Assembly: GCA_017450465.1 (NCBI GenBank)
Contig: JAFSUW010000006.1
Location: 3,117-35,116 of the forward strand
Direction: 5' to 3'
Length of the DNA: 32,000 nt
Source of the DNA: Clostridia bacterium
Lineage (GTDB): Bacteria > Bacillota > Clostridia > TANB77 > RGIG9151
The notes under the pieces are model-generated. The model saw nothing but the letters and a program-made list of their open reading frames with translations, ran no database searches and was not told the origin of the DNA. Positions within the stretch are counted from its first letter, which is position 1. Each line of letters begins with the position of its first letter. The translations under genes were made by a program, and so were the position numbers. Below are positions 1 to 7,890 of the stretch, in pieces.

Positions 1-160
1 ATATCACATGTGATTTTTTTTTGCAAGTTTTATATTTTTTTATTAATTTATATTAAAAATTTTAAAAAATATTCTTAAAATTTTGGGACAATTATGTTAG
101 ATTTTTAATTAGGGAAAATTACAAAAAATGCTGATAAATAAAGAAAATGGCGGTTTTTTC

Positions 161-228
161 TGTCAGAAGGGACGGGGGCAACTGACAACACTAAAATGGG
201 TTGTCAGTTGCCCCCGTCCCTTCTGACA
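161..228. repeat. Perfect 28-bp inverted repeat (arms 161-188 and 201-228, 12-nt spacer); MITE-like or IS-end-like palindrome
   Basis: tgtcagaagggacgggggcaactgacaa (161-188) is the exact reverse complement of ttgtcagttgcccccgtcccttctgaca (201-228). Each arm itself begins TGTCAG and ends CTGACA. Confidence 0.8.
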
Positions 229-248
229 AGCCTGTCCCCGTTGACCAC
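201..248 (+). repeat. Copy A of a ~48-bp C-rich repeat (GTCAnTTGCCCCCGTCCC..TGACAAG.CTGTCCCCGT.GAC.AC)
   Basis: It aligns in the same orientation with 15279-15326, with a few substitutions and 1-nt indels. The gtcag/ctgac versus gtcaat/attgac difference is compensatory. Confidence 0.7.
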
Positions 249-282
249 AAAAAATTACCACTGGTTTTTTACACCAGTGGTA
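249..282 (-). terminator. Rho-independent terminator of the PyrH-like gene
   Basis: A 10-bp stem (taccactggt at 256-265, accagtggta at 273-282) is followed on the minus strand by a T-run. It lies 15 nt after the stop codon at 297. Confidence 0.7.
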
Positions 283-296
283 TAGGTTATTCTGAC

Positions 297-1088
297 TTAT
301 TCAAACGTCGTGGGGCAGTCCCAGACAAGCGTTCCATTAAGCGGGCCTTCTTCAAGGAACTGAATGAGGGATGCTCCATCTTCTGCATTGTATACATAGA
401 TTGGTACTTTGCCGTTGTCGCGTGCCTGAGCAACCGCTACGCTGTCGAATGCCCGCTTAGTAAATGCGGTGGTATATGATGCTGTTCTGTACTTCTTTGC
501 GTCATCATTCTTCCGAGGATCCTTGCTGTAAAGCCCGTCAACCCCATTCTTGGCCATCATGATACAGCCACGGTTAAACGAAGTTGCACGGTTAGCAGCA
601 GCAAAATCCGTACTGAAACCAGGGTTTCCAAGGCCTCCACCAAGGACTACCAACTTACCCTGTTTTAATGCGCGAGAGACCTTTTCGTAGGAGTACTCGA
701 TTGAGTTATCGACGTCAGCAGAGACGAAGATTACAACATGTTCCTCGCCAAGGTCTTCCATAAGCATAGCGCCAAGGAGCAATGCGTTGATTTCTGTTGC
801 TCTAATTCCGATTTTATCGGAATAAGCATTCGAAGTTTTTTGAAGCTTAAACTCTTCTTTCATACCTCCGCGCCAGATATTACCACCACCCGGCATAACG
901 ATCATGCCATTTTGCGGCATAACACGGTAAATATGGGCGATTTCTCGCGCCATACTCCAAACTCGCTCAGGATCAAAAGGCGGAACTTCCGATTTGCTCA
1001 TGCCCTCACCAGAGAGCTTTAATAAAAATCCTCGTGTCTTTACGGCCTCTTTGACCTTCCTTATCCAGTCTTCGATTTTTTTTGACAT
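297..1088 (-). CDS. UMP kinase (PyrH)-like amino-acid-kinase family protein; divergent and compositionally foreign
   Basis: The 263-aa ORF carries PyrH motifs: LLKLSGE, GGGNIWRG, GLGNPGFSTD and KNGVDGLYSKDPRKNDDAKKY. RBS GGAGG lies 5 nt before the ATG. A counted line is 50% G+C versus about 28% in the backbone. Confidence 0.8.
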   Translation of the reverse strand: MSKKIEDWIRKVKEAVKTRGFLLKLSGEGMSKSEVPPFDPERVWSMAREIAHIYRVMPQNGMIVMPGGGNIWRGGMKEEFKLQKTSNAYSDKIGIRATEINALLLGAMLMEDLGEEHVVIFVSADVDNSIEYSYEKVSRALKQGKLVVLGGGLGNPGFSTDFAAANRATSFNRGCIMMAKNGVDGLYSKDPRKNDDAKKYRTASYTTAFTKRAFDSVAVAQARDNGKVPIYVYNAEDGASLIQFLEEGPLNGTLVWDCPTTFE

Positions 1089-1132
1089 AACGACCTCCGT
1101 ATTGGATATGTATTTTTGAAAAACTAAGTATT

Positions 1133-1141
1133 AATATATCA
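1133..1141 (-). promoter_or_regulatory. Possible extended -10 box (TGATATATT) for the PyrH-like gene
   Basis: The reverse complement of aatatatca lies about 45 nt upstream of the start codon. No clear -35 was seen. Confidence 0.3.
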
Positions 1142-1203
1142 CAATTTTAATGTTATGTCAACTCACTAAAACAATATAAGATAATTTCAATCGCATTATA
1201 AAA

Positions 1204-1222
1204 GGGCGATTAATAATCGCCC
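1204..1222 (-). terminator. Rho-independent terminator after the 705-aa repeat protein gene
   Basis: gggcgatt/aatcgccc forms an 8-bp stem with a 3-nt loop, followed by a T-run on the minus strand. It lies 20 nt after the stop at 1242. Confidence 0.6.
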
Positions 1223-1241
1223 CCACAAGAAAAATGTAAAC

Positions 1242-3359
1242 TTATCTTCCAAAATCATCACCAAGCACACGCAAATCGACTTGCTGATGCCATCTGCCTA
1301 CTTCTGTTGAAGTTTCTGCTACTATTTCCTCTCCTAAATCTATTCCTTTTGCTATCTCTTTAAGAGGAGTTACCACATCATTTACAAAATTCTCTTTAGT
1401 TACATCATTTCCACTTTTAGTTACGCTTCCCATTACACTGTTATACCAATATGCTGCTACCGCTTTCGCTAATCCTACATCTTCTTTAGATGATATGCTT
1501 TGCGTCTTTACATTTAACGCTTCATTACAAGCGTTTTCAAAATCTATAAACCAATCAGATGCCTTTACCTTACCATCTCTTTTTTCTGCTAATGCTTCAA
1601 TTTCTCTTTCTTCTAATTTTACACAAAAATTTGCAAAATCATTTAATTCTTCATACGAATAAACTCCCAAATTATTAGTAAGTCTATAAAATTTATCATA
1701 TGATTCAACATTTGCTTTTGCTTTTGCTAAATAATTATCTTTTTCTGCTTGCGTTAAATCCATATTAGGAATAACCTCTAAATAACCTTCATTCTTGCTT
1801 TTGCCATTAGCATATTCTTCTAAACGTGAATTTATTACACCCTTAGATTCATTCTCATCTTTTGCAGCAGCAAATGCTTGCCAAAAAGTAATATCACCTT
1901 GCAAAACTTCAATTTGTGCCTGTTCCGAATTTGCAAAAAATAACCTTACTTCATCCATACATTTAGTTAATTTAATATATTCTATTAACACATTTTCTCC
2001 AGCTTCTTGTCCAAACTGTGAAACAAGTTCTTTACGTAAATTAAGGAAAAAGTCACCTTTCATCGATTTTACTTCTTCCATCCTATCCATACCTATCAAA
2101 CATTCGAAATGCTCATACATGTTCTCGTCTCTCTGATATGACATATACTCATACATACCATTTTCATATAATTTATATTCTTCATTTATAGATACACTAT
2201 CACTATCCATAAACAACATATATTTACTACTCTCAACATTATCTTGTGCAAAATCTTCTCCTCTTGCTGCACTTCCTTCAATTAAAGAACTGGTTGCAGC
2301 TGAATGCGATGCAGAAAGTATAGATTCAAAGCCGGTGTCCATAGCATGTCTTATTTCATGGGAAAGAATTTTAACCATTAAATTTTCATCACTACTTTTA
2401 ACAATATTCAAATTTTGTGTTTGCGTGTTATACACTGCAGGAGTTGAATTATCTATCTCGTATTCTTTAGCTTCAGGTGAATTAAGATCATAAATATTAA
2501 TTTCATTTATGTTATTTTCAACTGCATCTCTAAATTTTGATAGATATTCATCTTTCGACACTTTATTATTGGCATAGGTCGAATCATAATGTTTATCAAT
2601 ATTGTTATATACTGTTATTATGTAATTATTTATTTCTTCGGAAAAGCCACGCTTTTGCAATATAGTTTTTAATTCTTCAAGCCCTTTTTGTTGTTCTTTT
2701 TCTAATCTTTCTTGCTCTTGCCTTTCCTTTTCTTGCCTTTCTTTTTCTAGTCTTTCTTGCTCTTGCCTTTCCTTTTCTTGCCTTTCTTTTTCTAGTCTTT
2801 CTTGCTCTTGTCTTTCCTTCTCTTGCCTTTCTTTTTCTAGTCTTTCTTGCTCTTGTCTTTCCTTCTCTTGCCTTTCTTTTTCTAGTCTTTCTTGCTCTTG
2901 TCTTTCCTTCTCTTGTCTTGCTTTTTCTTCAGCTTCTTTCTTTGCCTTTTCCTCGGCCTCTTGTCTTGCCTTTTCTTCGGCTTCTTTCTTTGCCTTTTCT
3001 TCAGCCTCTTTCTTTGCCTTTTCTTCGGCTTCTTTCTGTGCCTTTTCTTCGGCTTCTTGTTTTGCTTTTTCTTCTACATCATCCTTAGTTTCTTCTTTAG
3101 TTTCAACTTTCGTTTCTTCTATATCATGTTCACCTGTTTCAAAGCCAACACCTTCTAATGCCTCTTCATATTGGGTTTCTATATCTACATTAGCTACAGT
3201 TTCTAAATTATCTTCCGGTCTTTCTGGTTCTTGTGGCTCAGGTAATCCCTCTTTTGCACAACCATTATTAGGCATCAAAACAGTGATAGCTGCAAGCCCC
3301 GTAGCTACCCATTTAGTAAATCTTTTGAAAATACTATTCTTCTTTTTTTCTTCAGGCAT
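1242..3359 (-). CDS. Exported or membrane-anchored repeat protein with an E/K-rich coiled-coil region and a C-terminal domain containing an HExxH motif
   Basis: The likely start is MPEEKKK at 3359 (RBS GGGAGG 7 nt upstream) rather than the track start at 3374. There is a hydrophobic N-terminal segment ending NNGC, which is a weak lipobox. Repeats are 8-aa AEEKAKKE units and five 15-aa ERQEKERQEQERLEK units. An SHEIRHAMD motif is present. Confidence 0.6.
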   Translation of the reverse strand: MPEEKKKNSIFKRFTKWVATGLAAITVLMPNNGCAKEGLPEPQEPERPEDNLETVANVDIETQYEEALEGVGFETGEHDIEETKVETKEETKDDVEEKAKQEAEEKAQKEAEEKAKKEAEEKAKKEAEEKARQEAEEKAKKEAEEKARQEKERQEQERLEKERQEKERQEQERLEKERQEKERQEQERLEKERQEKERQEQERLEKERQEKERQEQERLEKEQQKGLEELKTILQKRGFSEEINNYIITVYNNIDKHYDSTYANNKVSKDEYLSKFRDAVENNINEINIYDLNSPEAKEYEIDNSTPAVYNTQTQNLNIVKSSDENLMVKILSHEIRHAMDTGFESILSASHSAATSSLIEGSAARGEDFAQDNVESSKYMLFMDSDSVSINEEYKLYENGMYEYMSYQRDENMYEHFECLIGMDRMEEVKSMKGDFFLNLRKELVSQFGQEAGENVLIEYIKLTKCMDEVRLFFANSEQAQIEVLQGDITFWQAFAAAKDENESKGVINSRLEEYANGKSKNEGYLEVIPNMDLTQAEKDNYLAKAKANVESYDKFYRLTNNLGVYSYEELNDFANFCVKLEEREIEALAEKRDGKVKASDWFIDFENACNEALNVKTQSISSKEDVGLAKAVAAYWYNSVMGSVTKSGNDVTKENFVNDVVTPLKEIAKGIDLGEEIVAETSTEVGRWHQQVDLRVLGDDFGR
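2697..3075 (-). repeat. In-frame coding tandem repeats: 45-bp unit x5 (about 2697-2921) followed by a 24-bp unit x6-7 (about 2922-3075)
   Basis: Near-identical copies of ttttctagtctttcttgctcttg(c/t)ctttcctt(t/c)tcttgcctttct are visible directly. They encode the ERQEKERQEQERLEK and AEEKAKKE repeats. Confidence 0.85.
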
Positions 3360-3411
3360 TTTTATTCCTCCCAATGCTACTATTATACCATATTTATGTT
3401 AACTTTTCAAA

Positions 3412-4281
3412 CTAAAAATGTCTTCCTCCACCACCATGGCTACTTCCACTACTACTATGATGCGTTGATGAACCACCATGATAACTACCTCCACTAGATG
3501 AGCTTGAACCAGTATATGTTCTTGATGTATGAGTTGTAACAAATTTATCAGTTCTATTTGTTATAACCATGTTTTTCAAATAATACTTTGCTTCCGTTGC
3601 CTTCTTTATTAACTTATGTTTTGAAGCTGATACTAAGCCAAAAATACCTGCAAACACTCCTGCTATTATTGCAGATATACCCATTCTTTCGCTATTAGGC
3701 ATTGGTATACTTTCATGTGTTACAATATACTCTCCATTTTCATCTATATATGCATTTCTATTACTATCTGGTATACCTTTTGCAGCATAATCACCTGCGT
3801 ATTTTACAAAATAACTTGCACAAGAATAATAATCTTGGCGAGAAATTGCAGAATAACAATAATCTAAAATTTTATCTATTCTTGCATCATCATACACTAA
3901 AATTGCCTTACCAGTAGTTGAAATCCACATCTCACGAGTATCCATATCTATTAAAAATAATACTCCATCACATGTATCGCCTATACCAAAATCATTGTAG
4001 TCATAAAAATCATCAGCATAATCCATAGCTGTCCCTTTATTGTTATTATCTATTGTTACGACTGCCATATCCATATCATATGTATCTATAAATCTAGTGA
4101 TGTCATCATATAACGCTTTTTCCTCACTATCTGTTAATAGTTTTGCAAAATCATATACCTTTATACTTGCATCGACATGGGGTGTACTTTCATAATATGG
4201 ATTTCCAGCATAATTAGTTGCGAAAGCAAAAGTATTAAATGACAAAACTATTATAAAAAGCATAATAAAGATTTTTTTCAT
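3412..4281 (-). CDS. TPM-domain protein (YgcG/YdjH-like): signal peptide, TPM domain, TM helix and Gly/Ser/His-rich tail
   Basis: It contains VYDFAKLLTDSEEKALYDDITRFIDTYDMDMAVVTI, typical of TPM domains. It has a C-terminal TM segment and a GGSYHGGSSTHHSSSGSSHGGGGRHF tail. RBS is GGAGG. Confidence 0.7.
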   Translation of the reverse strand: MKKIFIMLFIIVLSFNTFAFATNYAGNPYYESTPHVDASIKVYDFAKLLTDSEEKALYDDITRFIDTYDMDMAVVTIDNNNKGTAMDYADDFYDYNDFGIGDTCDGVLFLIDMDTREMWISTTGKAILVYDDARIDKILDYCYSAISRQDYYSCASYFVKYAGDYAAKGIPDSNRNAYIDENGEYIVTHESIPMPNSERMGISAIIAGVFAGIFGLVSASKHKLIKKATEAKYYLKNMVITNRTDKFVTTHTSRTYTGSSSSSGGSYHGGSSTHHSSSGSSHGGGGRHF

Positions 4282-4293
4282 AACTTTCGCCTC

Positions 4294-5343
4294 CTAAAAC
4301 ATCATCATTATTAAATATGCTATCAAAAATACTATGCCAAACATCCCTACCATCCACAAAAATGCTTTCATACCTGAAATAGGAATGTTACCAACCATTT
4401 TACCTGTTTGACCATTCATAGCAAACGTATGCATCTTACCATTGTATTTTATATTTAACATCCAGACAGGAAACAAAACATAATTAATTTTATTTTGATC
4501 TATATCAATATGCTCATTACGAATATTAAATGTAGTATAAGTAGATGCGGTTGATTTTAATTCATTTCTAATTGTATTTTTCATTCTGAGTTCTGCACGA
4601 CTAAATGCTTCTTTATCATCCACATCGTACTTTTCCGCTAAGAAGCCAGACAAATATGATGGTGAAAATTCTTTTAAATCGTTATAATTAAATGGCTCTA
4701 TAGAATCCATTGTATCGTCATCAAATTTTTTAGAACCGTCAACAGGTACCTTATCAAATAAAGCATTTCCTGCACGCGCTACATTATAAATATCTGTTTT
4801 TGTATATCTATAATCTCCTGTACTCCAACTTGTAACCTTGGTTGCTTCACCTTCAATAGATGCATTGGTGTTGCAATCGTAAAGCCAGAAAGGAATATAT
4901 ACTCCTGTTATTTTATCAATCTGCTCTTTTTTCGTAAATTCACTTGGTGCAAACAATTTACCTTTTTTGCACTTTTCAAAAGCACGGATTGCATCCTGCT
5001 TTGTTTTAGAAAATGGTATTACAAAATTTGGCTGAAGCACACCTAAAAGTCTATTCTTTATAATTGATGTACTGCCACAATATACGCAAAAAGTTGCAGT
5101 TGTATTTTCATCTGTCATAATTTTAGCACCACAGTTTGGACAAGAATATTCATCTACATCCATATGCTTATGAGGTTTTGTTTCTTTTACTTCTTCTTTC
5201 CTTTTAGCTGCTTCCTCCTCATATTTATTTAGCTCTTCTAAGGTATATTCAGAAGCACAATATGTACATTTCCATTTCCCTGTAGTAGGGTCAAATGGCA
5301 AAGACGCAGAACACGCAGGACATTTATGATCTACTGCATCCAT
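4294..5343 (-). CDS. Double zinc-ribbon membrane protein (YdjG-like) with a C-terminal TM anchor
   Basis: Ribbons are CPACSASLPFDPTTGKWKCTYCAS and CPNCGAKIMTDENTTATFCVYCGS. A hydrophobic C-terminus is present. The ATG abuts the stop of the upstream gene, suggesting translational coupling. Confidence 0.55.
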   Translation of the reverse strand: MDAVDHKCPACSASLPFDPTTGKWKCTYCASEYTLEELNKYEEEAAKRKEEVKETKPHKHMDVDEYSCPNCGAKIMTDENTTATFCVYCGSTSIIKNRLLGVLQPNFVIPFSKTKQDAIRAFEKCKKGKLFAPSEFTKKEQIDKITGVYIPFWLYDCNTNASIEGEATKVTSWSTGDYRYTKTDIYNVARAGNALFDKVPVDGSKKFDDDTMDSIEPFNYNDLKEFSPSYLSGFLAEKYDVDDKEAFSRAELRMKNTIRNELKSTASTYTTFNIRNEHIDIDQNKINYVLFPVWMLNIKYNGKMHTFAMNGQTGKMVGNIPISGMKAFLWMVGMFGIVFLIAYLIMMMF

Positions 5344-5907
5344 TTACCTCACTCCTCTCATTGCATCTACATAATCTTCATCTAATTTTGTAATTACATA
5401 ATCATATTCTTCAGTATTAAAAATACTGCCACAATATTCACATTTACCAGAATAATTTATATCCATGTTTGCACCACAACTTGGGCACTTACGAGATATT
5501 CCAAGCTCATGAGCATTAATTTTTTTCTCAAGTGTTAAGTAGTTATTCCTTTGAACACGACTATCTCTATTACCTGCTACCATTCTACCAGTTGATTTAT
5601 CAATTGTATAGTCTAAGTATCTAGAAACAATTAAAACTTTTATAATTATTTTATCGTCTTCAACTTCTGCATTTAGTATCTCTGTAGATTTAACATTTAA
5701 TTCGTCATACATTTGACGCTGATTTGATTCCATTAATTTTTTTATTTTATTTTCATATTTTTTATATAAATCATCACCAATATAATGATCTACACGTGTT
5801 AAATCCTGCAGCATAATTGATGTGTAGAGCATTACAAACATATTATCTACTTTGGATTTAAACGTGCTTTCTGTAAATGATTTATCGTAGTCAGATATGT
5901 TTATCAT
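5344..5907 (-). CDS. Cytoplasmic Tim44-like domain protein with a C-terminal zinc ribbon
   Basis: The pattern is Tim44-like (FKSKVDNMFVML..QDL..V..Y..DDLY ... IIIKVLIVSRYLDYTIDKSTGRMVAGN). The ribbon is CPSCGANMDINYSGKCEYCGS. A strong RBS AAGGAGG is present. Confidence 0.6.
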   Translation of the reverse strand: MINISDYDKSFTESTFKSKVDNMFVMLYTSIMLQDLTRVDHYIGDDLYKKYENKIKKLMESNQRQMYDELNVKSTEILNAEVEDDKIIIKVLIVSRYLDYTIDKSTGRMVAGNRDSRVQRNNYLTLEKKINAHELGISRKCPSCGANMDINYSGKCEYCGSIFNTEEYDYVITKLDEDYVDAMRGVR

Positions 5908-6048
5908 ATGTGCCTCCTTTATAAATTAATGATTGTTGGGGAGAATGAATTTAATTTTTGTTAACGGGCTATAATCCTCGCCCCTACAATATTGGAAATA
6001 AAAAGTACTTAAAATGCGTATTATACAATCCCCTTATACCAAAATTTA

Positions 6049-6184
6049 TGTTTGTCAAAGATTTGATGTTTTGGCAAGGCAAACGAGCGAAAAAAACGGA
6101 AGCGTATGTGTTATACGCTGAGTATTTTTGATGCGAAGTTTAACGCAGACAAAACGCAAAATCTCTCAAACTCAGTGACAAACA
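6049..6184. repeat. About 136-bp imperfect palindromic intergenic element (MITE-like) with 9-bp perfect termini
   Basis: tgtttgtca (6049-6057) pairs with tgacaaaca (6176-6184). The arms are internally alignable. A central hairpin agcgtat/atacgct (6101-6119) is flanked by T/A runs. Confidence 0.55.
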
Positions 6185-6194
6185 ATAATTTATC

Positions 6195-7082
6195 CTACTG
6201 CCTTATTATTTCTTTTTTTGCTAACGCCCACTTTGTTCCTGTTCCTACTAGTGTTGAACCACAATAACTACATGTTTGCGAGGATGCATCTTCTATTTTT
6301 GCTCCACAATTTGGACAAGTTGTTACATCTACCTTCTTACTTACAAATGTTAATTCATATGCTACTAAATTATCAGCCCCTGCATCACCACGAAGTACAT
6401 TTCCTGTATATCTATCTACTACATAGTCTTTTTGCCTTACCATTAATGCTATCCTTACTGTTATTAAATCATTATCTTCATTTACACCTATTGCATCTAT
6501 ATCTTCTAAATTTATATCTCGCATTATATTTTGCTGCTTATTTAATTCAAGCGCTTCTAACTGCATTTTATATGTATTATATAACTCATCGATTGTTAAT
6601 TCACGAAGTGTTTTATAATCAAAATTTGACCATGCAATTTGTACTCGTTTATATATATCAAATGCTTGTTCATTCGAAAAACCATACTTTAATATTTCTT
6701 CTTGCGGTATTGGACAAATTTTGATATCTCGTTTTGAATTACCTTGATAATTTGCTTTATTTCCCGAATCTTTATAAGATATCGAAATAAGTAAACCTAT
6801 AATAATAAATGCAACAATAGATCCACAGAAAAAAACAACAATAAATATAATAAAACTAATTATCTCACTTGGATTAAAATTTGTGTATGAACTTGAACCA
6901 CTATGTGAACTTGAACTGCTACGCGAACTTGAACTACTATGCGAACTTGAACTACTATGTGAGCTGCTACTACTCCAACTACTTCCAGAATCATAGCTAT
7001 AATCCCAACCAGAATCAGCAAGTGAAGTCGTAAGAGAAAATGTTAAAATAAAAATAAATACCACAATAAATAGTTTTTTCAT
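6195..7082 (-). CDS. Tim44-like domain protein with signal peptide, poly-Ser/His region, TM helix and C-terminal zinc ribbon
   Basis: The likely start is MKKLFIVV at 7082 (RBS AAAGGAG). It has SSSSHSSSSS repeats. The Tim44-like core is FDIYKRVQIAWSNFDYKTLRELT...VRQKDYVVDRYTGNVLRGD. The ribbon is CPNCGAKIEDASSQTCSYCGS. Confidence 0.65.
   Translation of the reverse strand: MKKLFIVVFIFILTFSLTTSLADSGWDYSYDSGSSWSSSSSHSSSSSHSSSSSRSSSSSHSGSSSYTNFNPSEIISFIIFIVVFFCGSIVAFIIIGLLISISYKDSGNKANYQGNSKRDIKICPIPQEEILKYGFSNEQAFDIYKRVQIAWSNFDYKTLRELTIDELYNTYKMQLEALELNKQQNIMRDINLEDIDAIGVNEDNDLITVRIALMVRQKDYVVDRYTGNVLRGDAGADNLVAYELTFVSKKVDVTTCPNCGAKIEDASSQTCSYCGSTLVGTGTKWALAKKEIIRQ
6889..6978 (-). repeat. 18-bp coding tandem repeat x4-5 encoding SHSSSS units
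   Basis: gaacttgaac(c/t)(a/g)cta(t/c)g(t/c) units are visible at 6889, 6907, 6925 and 6943. Confidence 0.8.
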
Positions 7083-7127
7083 TTGTATACTCCTTTTGTC
7101 CAAATTAATCCTTCTATCAACAATTAA

Positions 7128-7730
7128 TTATATTATTTCTTCTTTTTTAGCAATAAACCACTTATCATCTTGCTTTATAAAAGTAAGCGAATAAACATCT
7201 CTATGACTTTCAAATTGGTTCCCACTTAAAACTTCGCCTGTTTTCAAATCTATAACAAAATCTTTTTGATTAATTGACATATTTACTTCTATAGTAGTAA
7301 CACCATTGTTCGTAGATGCTTGTAGTATCTCAAAATCATTGCTTATTATATCTCTTAACACATTTTGTTGTTGTTTCATATTAAGTGCATCTAATTGAAG
7401 TTTTAGTGTATTATAAAGCTCAGGAGTTGTTAAACTTTGTAACGAAGCATAATCAAAATTTGACCATGCTATTTCCAAATTTTTAAATAATGTAAATGCT
7501 TCTTCAAAACTAAAGCTATATTCTTTTAAATTATCTATTTCATTACTAAATAATAGTTGTCTTTCATCTGTTACTTCTTCATATTCTTTATCAAATTTAT
7601 GAACTTTACCAACTAATTTGCATATTAAATTAACAACCGGAATTACTAAAATCATCACAATTGGTAAAATATAATAAAGCATAACATAAATTAATGCTAA
7701 AGCTGCTCCATTTTCATCTTTATCAGGCAT
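7128..7730 (-). CDS. Membrane-anchored Tim44-like domain protein
   Basis: It has an N-terminal TM segment. The core FTLFKNLEIAWSNFDYASLQSLTTPELYNTLKLQLDALNMKQQQNVLRDI is paralogous to the 6195-7082 product. Confidence 0.65.
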   Translation of the reverse strand: MPDKDENGAALALIYVMLYYILPIVMILVIPVVNLICKLVGKVHKFDKEYEEVTDERQLLFSNEIDNLKEYSFSFEEAFTLFKNLEIAWSNFDYASLQSLTTPELYNTLKLQLDALNMKQQQNVLRDIISNDFEILQASTNNGVTTIEVNMSINQKDFVIDLKTGEVLSGNQFESHRDVYSLTFIKQDDKWFIAKKEEII

Positions 7731-7851
7731 TTATCACACCTCACTAATATAATCTCCAATATTTTTATCGGCAATTTTCCTATGAATTTTATAAAGTTTT
7801 CTGTTTATTTAAAACAATTAATATTAATAGCTATAAAGTAATAAATAAAAA

Positions 7852-7877
7852 AAGATTCGTATCTTAATACGAATCTT
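7852..7877 (-). terminator. Bidirectional rho-independent terminator after the SPFH gene
   Basis: An 11-bp perfect stem (aagattcgtat / atacgaatctt) has a 4-nt loop and is flanked by an A-run and a T-run. Confidence 0.75.
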
Positions 7878-7890
7878 TTTTTTATTAAAA

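Noticed and set aside
201-479. 92-aa plus-strand ORF starting in the palindromic repeat
   Set aside because: It has a TTG start inside the repeat and no RBS. It runs antisense through the 3' end of the well-supported PyrH-like gene and crosses that gene's terminator.
2697-3075. CRISPR-like regular repeats
   Set aside because: The repeats are directly adjacent 45-bp and 24-bp units without unique spacers. They lie in frame inside a long ORF and encode E/K/Q/R-rich peptide repeats.
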